Shown here: positions 27,213 to 37,476 of the stretch, in pieces
How positions within the stretch are numbered: position 1 is the first letter of the stretch
Layout of the letters: each line of letters begins with the position of its first letter
Virus record (IMG/VR): IMGVR_UViG_2862035965_000001
Direction: 5' to 3' (one strand)
From: a virus
Lineage: Duplodnaviria; Heunggongvirae; Uroviricota; Caudoviricetes
Length of the DNA: 46,081 nt
Position numbers and translations under genes: made by a program
Notes under the pieces: model-generated
What the model saw: the letters and a program-made list of their open reading frames with translations, nothing else
Databases searched by the model: none
What the model was told of the DNA's origin: nothing

Positions 27213-28673
27213 ATGTCCTACACCGAATCCACCCCACCACCTGTACCCAGCATGAACCCAAGCGAATTTGCTCTCGCATCACAAGAACTCACTACCACCA
27301 CAACCCCTAGCCCCACACAGGTCGCTATTGCGGCCCAGGAAAAAATTCGCCAGCGCAAGCTCAAAGAGCTTAAAGCAAAAAAGCGCACAGACACGACAGC
27401 TGAGCCACTTCTACCTGCTCCTGTGCTGCATACACGCCCACTCCCCTCACCGAATCCACCGCGACCATCTGCACCGGCGCCTACCACTGGACACTGGGAA
27501 CTTCTTATTGTCAGGTCACAACAAAAGAAAATGATCGCAGCCAACCCCTTTCTCAAATTCCTTCATCTCGGTAAAGCCTTCAACGTAAAAGACCTAGGAC
27601 TTACCTGCGATCGCACCGCTGATGTTGATCTTTCACGGTTGGGCAAGCTCAATCCGCCCAGCTCACTTGTCCTTGAACTAGCAACAGCACTGAAACTACA
27701 TCCGTTCCTCTCTGTCGCACTCTCCTCGCACAGTGCAGTTAACGCTCGTCGCAACCAGCTGGAGCTTACCCTGCACAACTATGATGCTCAGGGCACAGCA
27801 TTAGGTCACAGCGTGACTATGACCCAGCTACCCGAGGTTATTAACCGCGCCGCTGTTGAGCCCTATATCAAGCCCAAGGGGACAGGTAACGATCCGCTTG
27901 ATCAAAGCCTCGGCCACCGTGCCCCAACACGTAGTGATGTGCAAGAAGCACTTGCCCAAGAAAACAACGACGACGTGGTAGACATCGACGGTTACCTTCT
28001 CCCCTTTGACCCTGAGTCTGGTTCACCAATAACCACCTCGCTTAATGCGCACAATAGGGATCTTCTGCAAGCCCAGCATGAGCTTGCCTATATTCCAGAA
28101 ATCACCACCATCACATCATGGCTCGATCACCTGGACCCCATCATGCACGCACACCGCAGCCTGGCGCTTTCAGTTTTCCCACCAGATCTCCTGCGTGCTG
28201 CCATCGCCGATCTCTCTAACTGCACAACAGATCCTCATAATTATCTTGACCCCGAGGAACTTCTTCCTACAGAAATCACCACCTGGTTGGATCATCTTTT
28301 CGATGCGGACGCAGCTGATCTAACAGCGTGTCCACAGCTGGCACCCCCTACCGTGCGCAGCCGCCAACACGCCAAAGCCATATCAACCATCACCGTGACC
28401 TCCATCATGGACGCGCTTATCACCAAGATTCTCGACGACTATGACGACGATCTACTGCCCTCACTACCAGAGTTTCTCACTCTGTTGCGTGATGCCGTAG
28501 CCAGGCTCGCAGCACAGATTAAGCAGCAGCGCGGTGAAGTTCTCCCCCAACGCAGTGGTCTGCAACATGCTAGCGACTTTGGCCTGCTGTCCTCCATCTC
28601 CGATGCCTTGCATGAATATGCACTTGCCATCGACTTTGGGCTGATTTATCCCACTGAACTTATTACCGAGTAA
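27213..28673 (+). CDS. Hypothetical protein, Pro-rich N-terminus, possible degenerate XRE-type HTH
   Basis: Long ORF, likely ATG at 27213. LSRLGKLNPPSSLVLELATALKLHP resembles the end of an XRE HTH. Confidence 0.78.
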   Translation: MSYTESTPPPVPSMNPSEFALASQELTTTTTPSPTQVAIAAQEKIRQRKLKELKAKKRTDTTAEPLLPAPVLHTRPLPSPNPPRPSAPAPTTGHWELLIVRSQQKKMIAANPFLKFLHLGKAFNVKDLGLTCDRTADVDLSRLGKLNPPSSLVLELATALKLHPFLSVALSSHSAVNARRNQLELTLHNYDAQGTALGHSVTMTQLPEVINRAAVEPYIKPKGTGNDPLDQSLGHRAPTRSDVQEALAQENNDDVVDIDGYLLPFDPESGSPITTSLNAHNRDLLQAQHELAYIPEITTITSWLDHLDPIMHAHRSLALSVFPPDLLRAAIADLSNCTTDPHNYLDPEELLPTEITTWLDHLFDADAADLTACPQLAPPTVRSRQHAKAISTITVTSIMDALITKILDDYDDDLLPSLPEFLTLLRDAVARLAAQIKQQRGEVLPQRSGLQHASDFGLLSSISDALHEYALAIDFGLIYPTELITE

Positions 28674-28690
28674 ACCCACCCCTAGAAAGG

Positions 28691-29161
28691 TTGTTACCCA
28701 TGTCTCGTATTACTACTGCACCCGTCCACAAGCCCTACATCATCGCAAGTGAAATCAAAGGTGTCTCCCATGTCCATGACACCTTTGGTGGCAAGTGGCA
28801 GGCGACGCTACATACCCTAAGAGCTGGCGAATCCTGGCCAAAACCATCGCGGTTTACTGTGCCGGAATCAACCTCCATCTGGTTTATTGCAGTAGCAACC
28901 CACCCACGTAACCCACAGGCACGCAAAGGTACCCTACTTGGTCGCGGTGGTCTTTACGAGCTCAAAGACACTGATCTGAACTTTCTCACAGAGCGACAGG
29001 ATTTGCTCGCCACATCTACCTCTCGTGACTCAGAGGATCACCGTTTACGGTTTGATTCGCGCACTGATGCGGCAGCATTTTTCCATGCTAACGCCCGCCA
29101 CATCAACAAGCTTTTTCATCCGGCACTAGGTCATGCTCGCTACGATCGCATAGTTATGTAA
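28691..29161 (+). CDS. Hypothetical protein
   Basis: 156 aa with AGAAAGG RBS (ATG at 28700 likely). Confidence 0.75.
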   Translation: MLPMSRITTAPVHKPYIIASEIKGVSHVHDTFGGKWQATLHTLRAGESWPKPSRFTVPESTSIWFIAVATHPRNPQARKGTLLGRGGLYELKDTDLNFLTERQDLLATSTSRDSEDHRLRFDSRTDAAAFFHANARHINKLFHPALGHARYDRIVM

Positions 29162-29261
29162 GCACGGCGTTCAGGCTGCGAACTGATGGTCATCTACTAC
29201 ACCCCTCCGGGTGTAGTATCACGATAACAACACCCCCACAATCTCAGCCGGTCTCCCATAC

Positions 29262-30434
29262 ATGACTGTGGGATTGATTAGAGTCTCTTTCATGATGCTC
29301 TACCAACACACCACGCGCGGGCTGATCATTAGTGACGCGATCATCGCGAAAATCAGCCAAGTCAACCAACTCCTGCTACTAAGACCCACGCTGTTGCAAG
29401 ACGACGATATGCACCACGCGACACTAAGTCGCGACACCCCAGCGATTCGCAGTCGCCGTCGCTCCTATCGCGACAATAAAACCGCCTATGCGACCACGAG
29501 CACCATCCGAAACCGTGAGACCTTTTTCAGTACGTCTGATATTGAGTTCGCCATACTCATGATCCAGGACGTACAAGAATCTCTCGTATCTTTTGATCCC
29601 ACCTTGGCTCAGGATATGAAATCAAGAACCAACGCAGTCATTTCTGCACTCAATGAGCTGCGCGATCCTCTGAGCGCCTTCTACCTAGCCCATGAATACG
29701 GCGACATCATCAGTGATGGTGCTTATGAGTTTGATCATGCTGCTATTAATGCGCAGCACAGCCTCAGCGAACTCGTTGCCGGTCTACATAATTATGACCA
29801 GCTCATGTTCCCACAGGAAACCGCGCCGTTGATGAGTGAATCCAATGGGATTCAGCTGGCTCAGTACTATAAGTCCACCAAACTCGATGAGTCTCAACTG
29901 ACGGTAGAACCTGATGAGCCTGGTATCAGCATTATGTGGCACGCCCATGATTTCACCTGGTCATGCCTAGTGCGTTATGACGATATGAACCGTTACCCAG
30001 ATCATTTCAGCATCTCTTTCAAAGACATGCTGATCCCTGAACAGATCTACACATTCCACTTCACCCCACGTGAAGCGATGCAACTGCGCAAGGTACTTTT
30101 TAATGCCATCGCTGCCTACAAATCCCAAACATGGGGTGATGAGAACACTGATCTCACCAAGGCTGAACTCGAATTTGGTGGTACCACCATGACGTTTCGT
30201 GCTGGTCTCTCACAGCTTAGTGTCACCGGCCCCCCTGATCACCGCCAGGTGTTCTGCTTGTCGTCCTCTGGTCGTGAGGATCACAACACCCCACCAAATA
30301 TGCGAGACGGACATGTCATTGATATTGCGGTTACTCAATTGTCCACCCTGCGTAACCTCATTCGGGTGCTGTGCACCACTCACCCAGATCATTCACCAGC
30401 ACTGCTGCCTTATGGTCAGCAGTACACCATCTAA
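29262..30434 (+). CDS. Hypothetical protein
   Basis: 390 aa ORF followed by a terminator. Confidence 0.78.
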   Translation: MTVGLIRVSFMMLYQHTTRGLIISDAIIAKISQVNQLLLLRPTLLQDDDMHHATLSRDTPAIRSRRRSYRDNKTAYATTSTIRNRETFFSTSDIEFAILMIQDVQESLVSFDPTLAQDMKSRTNAVISALNELRDPLSAFYLAHEYGDIISDGAYEFDHAAINAQHSLSELVAGLHNYDQLMFPQETAPLMSESNGIQLAQYYKSTKLDESQLTVEPDEPGISIMWHAHDFTWSCLVRYDDMNRYPDHFSISFKDMLIPEQIYTFHFTPREAMQLRKVLFNAIAAYKSQTWGDENTDLTKAELEFGGTTMTFRAGLSQLSVTGPPDHRQVFCLSSSGREDHNTPPNMRDGHVIDIAVTQLSTLRNLIRVLCTTHPDHSPALLPYGQQYTI

Positions 30435-30455
30435 CATGCTCTAGCTCGACCCCAG

Positions 30456-30493
30456 AAAACACCCCATCACAATGTTTGTGATGGGGTGTTTTT
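30456..30493 (+). terminator. Intrinsic terminator
   Basis: AAAACACCCCATCAC...GTGATGGGGTGTTTTT. Confidence 0.8.
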
Positions 30494-30633
30494 GCATATG
30501 TGGAGGTACTTACCAAAGACCACAATCATATTCATTTTATTAGTAAGAAACAGTTTTAAGCATTATTATTAAAGTAATTAATACTGTTTCTTTTTTTATA
30601 CCTTAAAATACTAGAAAGTAATGCAAAAAACTC

Positions 30634-32064
30634 ATGCTACATACTCCCCGCACCCACCGCGCACTCGGACTTGCTGCGCTCACTGCTAGTGCTCTCCTGC
30701 TGAGCTCGTGCTCTACTACCACTGATCTTCTTAATACTGATCCTGTGGCACAAACTGTCACTGACGCCGGTGGCTCTGCCCTTAATCCCACCGCAGCCCA
30801 TGTACTCACCATTACTAACGCAACTGCAATGACGCTTGGTGAGCTACCAGAACATACTGATGCTGCCTCTGATGCTGACACCACAGAATCAACCACCATG
30901 GCCCAAAGTGCTCTTAAGCGTATTTATGGTCTCGAAATTTCTGCCGATGGCACCCTCATTGCCGTCGCAGCACCATTAACATCACGCAATAGTAGTTCTG
31001 AGCAGCCCACCCCAGCTGCACTAGCTGATCCAGAAAACAATACCGAGCTCACCACAGCTCATATTCTTGAACTTGACCCGACCACAGGAACTGCGACACC
31101 GCGTCAAGATGTTGCCCTACCCGAAGATTTTCAGACCATGGCCGGTTCGTTTAGCCAAATCCGCAATGGTTGGGGTATTACCCAGCTTATTGGGCAAGAC
31201 CCAGACAACCGTAAAGAATCCATCCGTTCTGCTGATACCTGGACGGTCACCGGCTCTACCAATCTCACGGGATTCAACACCGACGCCACCGCTGACTCTG
31301 ATGTCGCTGCCTACACAATGCCGGCGACCGATCCAGCAGTCGGGATCTGTGCCCTAGAGTCACACTCTGATGCCCCACTCGATGAACACCGTGACCTCAG
31401 CGCCAGCGCCTTGCGCACCGCTTCAGTGTTGTCAAGCTCTGGTTCAGCCACCCTCAAGCTGCATGACCCCATGGTCATGGCAACCACTAGCACCATCCAG
31501 GCACGTGCCTATGTCGATGGCGAAGTCATCAACCAGCACGAGATCGGTGATCTCCGCGAACAGCTGGGCATCAACATCGAAGAATCTGAAAGCAATCAAG
31601 CAGAATCTGATGCACAGGCAGCCGCTGATCACCCGCTCGCAGCCTTAGGCTTAAGCAATCCCACCAGCTCAGCGCTGGTACCAGGGCTTGCCGAGCTTGA
31701 TTGTCTCAGTGCTGATCAGGCTGCGACCTGGCACAACCGAGACGCCAGCATCGGTACTGGCAAGCCGGGTGTGATTGCTGTCATTAATGCTGAGATGGCT
31801 GATGACTACGCCATGCAGCTGTTGAGCTCAGGTGCCACCACTGCCGAAACACAACTTGCCCAGCTGCCGGATGAAACCGCGTTTGTGCTCATTGACCCCT
31901 CTTCTGGTGCGGTCACTGATCTGTTCTTTATCCAAAGCCTCAACACTGATCTACCGGCACCAGCATCCCAGATTAACTCTATTGCTGTTGATCAGCGCGA
32001 CCCCAACATCATCTACGCCACCTTTGCTGATGATGACCACCTCTACCAGATGCTGCTGGGTTAG
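30634..32064 (+). CDS. Lipoprotein of unknown function
   Basis: Signal peptide with lipobox LSSC; 476 aa; AT-rich promoter region upstream. Confidence 0.82.
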   Translation: MLHTPRTHRALGLAALTASALLLSSCSTTTDLLNTDPVAQTVTDAGGSALNPTAAHVLTITNATAMTLGELPEHTDAASDADTTESTTMAQSALKRIYGLEISADGTLIAVAAPLTSRNSSSEQPTPAALADPENNTELTTAHILELDPTTGTATPRQDVALPEDFQTMAGSFSQIRNGWGITQLIGQDPDNRKESIRSADTWTVTGSTNLTGFNTDATADSDVAAYTMPATDPAVGICALESHSDAPLDEHRDLSASALRTASVLSSSGSATLKLHDPMVMATTSTIQARAYVDGEVINQHEIGDLREQLGINIEESESNQAESDAQAAADHPLAALGLSNPTSSALVPGLAELDCLSADQAATWHNRDASIGTGKPGVIAVINAEMADDYAMQLLSSGATTAETQLAQLPDETAFVLIDPSSGAVTDLFFIQSLNTDLPAPASQINSIAVDQRDPNIIYATFADDDHLYQMLLG

Positions 32065-32114
32065 TAACGCAACCCGGCAACCCAGCATCAACCTTCTTAA
32101 GAAATACCCTCATC

Positions 32115-32708
32115 ATGACTTTTCTTCACCCTAACGCCACGTTTCACCCACCCACCCTTGATCGACTTACTGATCTAGGTCTTGATCCCGAGCAGCTCGT
32201 TGCTGAGCTACCCACCATTGTCTACGAGGTCCAACCACACAATGTCTTTGTTTTACAGTTCGCAGCAGTTGACGTGCGTGTCTACCAAGAAGGCGATGCC
32301 CTCTTTATTCGCAGCGCAGAGCTGATCAACCCTGAGTTGCGAAAACGACAGCGCAATGAACTACTCAAAAGTATTCTTGACCAATCTGCACCCCGCGTCC
32401 GTGATGACATCAGTGGTCGCACCACGATCTTTCTCAAAAACAAGAGTGTCGTCACCCAAGGTCGCGGACCTATTACAGTGATTCCGCATAACCCTGATGA
32501 AGCTAGCGCCAAAGCTGCTGCCACCAAACATAAGAGCACTCTACCTGGTACCGCCTCTAGGCACCCTTATGTCAATATGACACTCAGTGAGATGTTGAAA
32601 CAGGGCTTTACACTCACACCACTAGAGTTCCCACTCTGTGCTGTTGATGATCCCAAAGACTCTGGTCGCACCATGCACGTCATTAATGTTCGTGAGCACA
32701 GTGTGTAG
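32115..32708 (+). CDS. Hypothetical protein
   Basis: 197 aa, co-oriented with the cluster. Confidence 0.75.
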   Translation: MTFLHPNATFHPPTLDRLTDLGLDPEQLVAELPTIVYEVQPHNVFVLQFAAVDVRVYQEGDALFIRSAELINPELRKRQRNELLKSILDQSAPRVRDDISGRTTIFLKNKSVVTQGRGPITVIPHNPDEASAKAAATKHKSTLPGTASRHPYVNMTLSEMLKQGFTLTPLEFPLCAVDDPKDSGRTMHVINVREHSV

Positions 32709-32772
32709 GTTTTAAGGCGCGGTATAACCGCACCAGCATTCAATCCATTCCTAGAAAAGGACTTAACTTATC

Positions 32773-33171
32773 ATGACCACCTTCGCTCTCATTGCCAGCC
32801 CCAACAATGTTGATCCCACAGCCGCGTCCCCACTAGCCATTGAGATACATACCGACGAGGACAGCGGTTATCCGTTAGACCTCATTCTCACAGACCATTT
32901 GGTTCCTGCTGTGGTCTACGGAGATATGGTTATCTACACCAAAACCCTGTTGGCACAGACCCCACCGGATACTGTGCCCACTGCCGAAGTTTTTTTCGAC
33001 AAACTAAAAAAGCTTATTGCTCAAGGTCGCACCCGTGACCGCGTATACAGCGACACCTACAGCCAGCTTGTTATTGCCGGCCACAATCGCACTGTGTTGA
33101 CTGACAGCTCAGAGTTCTATGACGAGTTTTACCAGTTCATCGAAGCCGCACCTGGGGTGATCTTGAAATGA
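32773..33171 (+). CDS. Hypothetical protein
   Basis: 132 aa with GAAAAGGA RBS. Confidence 0.75.
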   Translation: MTTFALIASPNNVDPTAASPLAIEIHTDEDSGYPLDLILTDHLVPAVVYGDMVIYTKTLLAQTPPDTVPTAEVFFDKLKKLIAQGRTRDRVYSDTYSQLVIAGHNRTVLTDSSEFYDEFYQFIEAAPGVILK

Positions 33172-33404
33172 TCTTCTCTGCCACAGCACAACCTGTACTA
33201 GAATCCACAGACATTTTCTCTGTACTCGCCCTCGGTGTTGTGGCACTGATCTGTGGTATCCCTATTTTTCTTGCTCTCGAAAAAGGCGCTGAGCTTGATG
33301 ATCTTGTAGCAGCTCTGCTTATCTCCGTACTCTTGGGTTTTGTGACCTTTACCTTTGTGCTCCCCAAGCTCGTTGATCTGGGATGCACCTTGTGCCAGCT
33401 GTAA
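33168..33404 (+). CDS. Small two-TM membrane protein
   Basis: ATGA overlap with the upstream gene; two hydrophobic helices. Confidence 0.7.
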   Translation: MIFSATAQPVLESTDIFSVLALGVVALICGIPIFLALEKGAELDDLVAALLISVLLGFVTFTFVLPKLVDLGCTLCQL

Positions 33405-33589
33405 AACATAAGTCCGTAACTTTTAGTCCCAATCCTTGTTCAGTCCTGGAAAACCACCCATGTATTGACTCACCACCATTCCGTCACTGTGACGGGACAA
33501 CTCACCCTAACCCCACACCTTGTGCGCTCTCTGTTGCGCGTATGGTGTGGGTTTTTTTCATAAATACTGTTGCTGGATGTGCAAAAGAC

Positions 33590-33827
33590 CAATGACAGCG
33601 AAGCTGCATTCGGAAAAACAGGCGAAGCCTTAAAAGCTTTAAAAAATGGACAAACTCAACGACAGCGAAGCTGCGTTCGGGAGCAACCATGAGAGACAAC
33701 AAGAAACTCTCAAACAATAAGAGCTAGGTCAGATACCTAGTTCTACAGGATCTAAAGAGTCAGAAGACTTCTAAAAGATCTAAAAGACTTTAAAAACCAA
33801 CGACAGCATAGCTGCGTTCGGAAAAAC
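33590..33827 (+). repeat. Three ~30-bp hairpin direct repeats upstream of ssb
   Basis: CAAYGACAGCRWAGCTGCRTTCGG at 33590, 33657 and 33798. Confidence 0.85.
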
Positions 33828-33923
33828 TCTCGAAAGACTACACAGCCAACAGCTTAAAAAATAAGCACTGCGGGTCTTAACACTTAATCCTTCATTCACT
33901 CATACCATTAAGGGGTATTTACC

Positions 33924-34550
33924 ATGTCTGCTAATCCTTCCAACAACTTCAACGTCATCGGTCGTCTCGCTGCTGATCCAAAGATCTTCTCCAACCCAGA
34001 TGGCTCCCGCAACATTCAGATCACCCTGTACGCCACCAACAACTTTGCTAACCGCAATGGTGTCTATGAGGACTCCATCGTTCCGCTTACCCAGTTCTAC
34101 TCCGCATCCAAGGAGGGTAACGGAATCTACACCCACCTTAAGGAGGGTGACCAGGTTGCAGTCAACGGCTACATCCACCAGGATCAGTTCATTGACAAGA
34201 CCACTGGCGCTAAGCGCTACGAGTTGAACCTGTCCATCGACTCCATCCAGCCACTCGAAACCAAGTCTGCTGCTGACGCTCGCCGTGCTCGCAAGCAGGT
34301 CGTTGAGGCAAACAAGGCTCAGGCTGCTGCACAGCAGGCCCCTGCACCAGTTCAGCAGTTCGCTGCTCAGGACGCACCTCAGTACGCAGGCAACCCTTTC
34401 GCTGGTCTGGCTCAGACCCAGGGACCAGTTGCAGCCCAGGTCGCACCGCAGCCACAGTACGTTAACGACCCTTACGTACAGCCACAGGCCGGTTTTGTTG
34501 CGCCTGCACCAGTCGCCCCACAGGTTGAAATTGACCCACGCTTCATCTAA
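33924..34550 (+). CDS. ssb: Single-stranded DNA-binding protein
   Basis: OB-fold motifs NVIGRLAADP and HLKEGDQVAVNGYI; Q/P/A-rich tail; AAGGGG RBS. Confidence 0.9.
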   Translation: MSANPSNNFNVIGRLAADPKIFSNPDGSRNIQITLYATNNFANRNGVYEDSIVPLTQFYSASKEGNGIYTHLKEGDQVAVNGYIHQDQFIDKTTGAKRYELNLSIDSIQPLETKSAADARRARKQVVEANKAQAAAQQAPAPVQQFAAQDAPQYAGNPFAGLAQTQGPVAAQVAPQPQYVNDPYVQPQAGFVAPAPVAPQVEIDPRFI

Positions 34551-34562
34551 GAAGCACCCCTA

Positions 34563-34612
34563 AAGAAACCCCCACCACCCAGTATCTGCTGGTGGATGGG
34601 GGTTTCTTTTTT
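34563..34612 (+). terminator. Intrinsic terminator after ssb
   Basis: AAGAAACCCCCA...TGGGGGTTTCTT followed by a T run. Confidence 0.8.
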
Positions 34613-34644
34613 CTCGCCCACTATTAATCCAGAAGGATTCCTAC

Positions 34645-35225
34645 ATGTCTACGACCACTATCAATATCATCATTAACAATGGCGCCGCACCGGACCCAGT
34701 TGATCTCAATCGCGCAAAAATTCATGATCACCTACCCCTCACCGCCTCTGATTCAGAGCTAACCCACTCCCCCACAAATCAGCTCTCTATCACGATGATC
34801 CAGCGACAGTCTTGCGCACCATGGTTATTCCTGCAGACCTGCACGTCGCTATGAAGCGTCTAGCTAAAAAGCACAACCTCACGGCCACGGAGATCTCGCG
34901 CATCCTTCTACAGCGCTATATCGACCGCAATATTAACCGCATAGAGCAAAACCAGGCCGAATCCGACATGGCTGAAGTCTTTGCCAGCCAACCAACCAAT
35001 GCAACCGCAATGATCCCTGTACCTGGAACCAGCTTCAAGCAAATATTTATCAAGCACAGCACTGGTTTCTGGAAAAACATTGATCATGATCTTGTCGATC
35101 TCGACGCCTCAGAGACCCCGCGTGTACGCGACCACAGCGTTTTACCACAACCTCGACTCCACAGAGCGTTGTTATCAGATGCTGATATGGCTCGCCTTGC
35201 AGCACAACTGACCGACAAACACTAA
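34645..35225 (+). pseudogene. RHH-domain gene, probably frameshifted (ORFs 34645-34854 and 34812-35225)
   Basis: Strong RBS and ATG at 34645. The RHH-like sequence (MVIPADLHVAMKRLAKKHNLTATEISRILL) is in another frame, open from 34752, with no clear RBS. Confidence 0.55.
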
Positions 35226-35249
35226 AGCCTCCACAACAAGGACATCATC

Positions 35250-35714
35250 ATGACTACTCGTACCGTATCTACTTCTGCACCCCATGTCACTGTCAACATC
35301 AATACCTCACACGGAAGAAAACGTACTGTTGCTAATGGTGCCAGAAGCACTAATGCAAAGCGTGGCAAGCGCTGCATCTCGTTCCGTGTGGAGCCAGAGT
35401 TATTCGATGAATTCAAAGCAACCTGCATGGACAACGACATTCCCATGACCAAGGCATTTGAAAACGAACTTCGCATCTGGATTGATGAGCACAATACTGG
35501 TGCAGCAAAGAAAAGAAATACCCACCGCACCTACGTACAAGCACCCGTTGGCACTGTCGCCGCAAGTTCCATCCCTGGTCTCGGACTTTTCACCGTGTTC
35601 AAGAAGGGCTCTGATCAGATGTGGTACGACCTGGAAAGCAGCCCGCTGATCGCACAAGAGCCCATGTCAAATATGGACATGCATCGTAACAGCTCTTTTG
35701 AGCTGCACCTGTAG
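35250..35714 (+). CDS. RHH (ParG/CopG-like) DNA-binding protein
   Basis: KRCISFRVEPELFDEFKATCMDNDIPMTKAFENELRIWI; AAGGA RBS. Confidence 0.75.
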   Translation: MTTRTVSTSAPHVTVNINTSHGRKRTVANGARSTNAKRGKRCISFRVEPELFDEFKATCMDNDIPMTKAFENELRIWIDEHNTGAAKKRNTHRTYVQAPVGTVAASSIPGLGLFTVFKKGSDQMWYDLESSPLIAQEPMSNMDMHRNSSFELHL

Positions 35715-35770
35715 ATCTCTTTCCCGACCACACACAGCTCTCACCACCTCCTAGAAAGGACGGTTTCACC

Positions 35771-36289
35771 ATGTCTAACAAACGCGACCACCTCACCGTC
35801 ATCCCCGGCCTTGAGTCACGCACCCATCGCACTCGCAGTACACAACCGCCAACTACGCTGCCAGCACCACAGCTGACTATCATTACTGCACCAGACAAGC
35901 ATCAACCACAGCTTCGGGTCGTTAAGACTAACGCAGCTGACACTCGACCATCTTCTGTGCAGCCCTCACCGATCAACTACAGCTTTACTGATCCTGTACT
36001 TCGCGATGCTCACTATGCATTCCAGCACAGCGAACGTGCCAGACCAACAATCCTGGACTCACACTGGGTTCGTCGCGCACAAGAAGAATTCGACACTGAG
36101 CATAATGCCGCCTATGTCCGTGCCGCAGACCAGCTTTTATCCCCTTTTGATGCCTACATGCTCGACAACGGCGATGTTTACACCAAGACCACACGTGCCA
36201 TCAGTGCTGCTGAACAAGAAGAAATACTTGAACACTTGCACGAGCACCACATCTGTTGGGACGAAGAGGCTGAGTTCCTACTGCGCTAA
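35771..36289 (+). CDS. Hypothetical protein
   Basis: 172 aa with AGAAAGGA RBS. Confidence 0.78.
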   Translation: MSNKRDHLTVIPGLESRTHRTRSTQPPTTLPAPQLTIITAPDKHQPQLRVVKTNAADTRPSSVQPSPINYSFTDPVLRDAHYAFQHSERARPTILDSHWVRRAQEEFDTEHNAAYVRAADQLLSPFDAYMLDNGDVYTKTTRAISAAEQEEILEHLHEHHICWDEEAEFLLR

Positions 36290-36512
36290 AGGTTGCTACT
36301 GGTTTCAGGTGTGTGGGTAGGCACACCCCACCCAGGTGAGCGGGGCTGAGGGTGTGCATAACACAGCGAAGCTGTGTTCGGCTGAATGCTCGAACACAGC
36401 TTTTTTGTGTACCCCAACTGCTATACACAGCCCTTATCCATAAGGCCGGCTAAAATCTATCAACAGAAAACCTGGCGCTTAATCGCCCACTCTTGTGCAA
36501 GAAAGTACACCT

Positions 36513-37073
36513 ATGCCCAACGATTTTTACGATGTCGAACACATCATTTCCGAAAAACCTTTTTGCTCCATTTTTTTCCAGCTCCCCGCTGCAGCACTGA
36601 AACCTACTATCAGTAAAGCAGCTACCAATCGCGATCTCGATCACTTGAGCACCGAACAGATCGCTGAGAACCTACAGCGCTACCTCGACACCTACAGTGT
36701 CATGTCTCACCAGCGTGTCACCATTGAAGAAGTCACTCATGTGCGCAATCCTCATGAGCCTGATTATGAATTTTCACCACAGTATGGTTCGCATATTTCG
36801 CTGATCGGTGAGTCTTATGCTGTTGACACAGCTACTAACGAGCCTTATGCCACCGACTTTGAGGGTCATCCTCTCGCGCTATATTTTGAAATGAGTTTGG
36901 CACCCGAGCTACACGGCGTGATCCATAAGTTCTTCCCTGGTTTTGACCTCGGTGGCGAGTATCTGCCGGAGGATTCTCGCGACATTCACACCGAGCTCAA
37001 TGACTTGCTTGATTCTGATGATCTTGTCGGCAAAGACATTACTATCCAAATTGATCGCTTCAACAAAGACTAG
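36513..37073 (+). CDS. Acidic hypothetical protein
   Basis: ATG 36513 with AGAAAG RBS. Confidence 0.78.
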   Translation: MPNDFYDVEHIISEKPFCSIFFQLPAAALKPTISKAATNRDLDHLSTEQIAENLQRYLDTYSVMSHQRVTIEEVTHVRNPHEPDYEFSPQYGSHISLIGESYAVDTATNEPYATDFEGHPLALYFEMSLAPELHGVIHKFFPGFDLGGEYLPEDSRDIHTELNDLLDSDDLVGKDITIQIDRFNKD

Positions 37074-37106
37074 GCTGCTCTAGCTGCATCAACTTGACCC
37101 ACCCCA

Positions 37107-37141
37107 GCACCCCATGAGGCACCTGCTTCATGGGGTGTTTT
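37107..37141 (+). terminator. Intrinsic terminator
   Basis: CACCCCATGAGGCA...TGCTTCATGGGGTG followed by a T run. Confidence 0.75.
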
Positions 37142-37190
37142 GCTATGCCACAACACTTCCCTAAAAAACCTCAGAAAGGCTCTCCCCATT

Positions 37191-37463
37191 ATGTCTGCCC
37201 CACTGACCATCCATGATCTGCTGTCCACCAATTCCCAGCGCAACCTCAAGTGGTTGACCTGCACTGTCTTAAACAGCCCAGATCTCGCCGAACCCTGCAT
37301 CACTGTGTCTGTCAACCACACTGAGGGTATGTCCCTGGTCTCTTTCGAGGGTGGTCACGGGCTTGCTGAAATTGCGAATACCCAGCTGGTACCAGAGCTT
37401 GATCTACCAAGGTTTAACCCTTTTAATGCCCTTGCTATCTACCTTGAAGCCACCAACAACTAA
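37191..37463 (+). CDS. Hypothetical protein
   Basis: ATG 37191 with AGAAAGG RBS. Confidence 0.7.
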   Translation: MSAPLTIHDLLSTNSQRNLKWLTCTVLNSPDLAEPCITVSVNHTEGMSLVSFEGGHGLAEIANTQLVPELDLPRFNPFNALAIYLEATNN

Positions 37464-37476
37464 GAAAGTATCACCC

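Noticed and set aside
33590-33827. CRISPR array (30-bp palindromic repeats, first period 67 bp)
   Set aside because: Only three imperfect copies with irregular spacing (67 and 141 bp), low-complexity A-rich spacers and no cas genes. The core hairpin also recurs singly elsewhere, so it is treated as a dispersed hairpin family.
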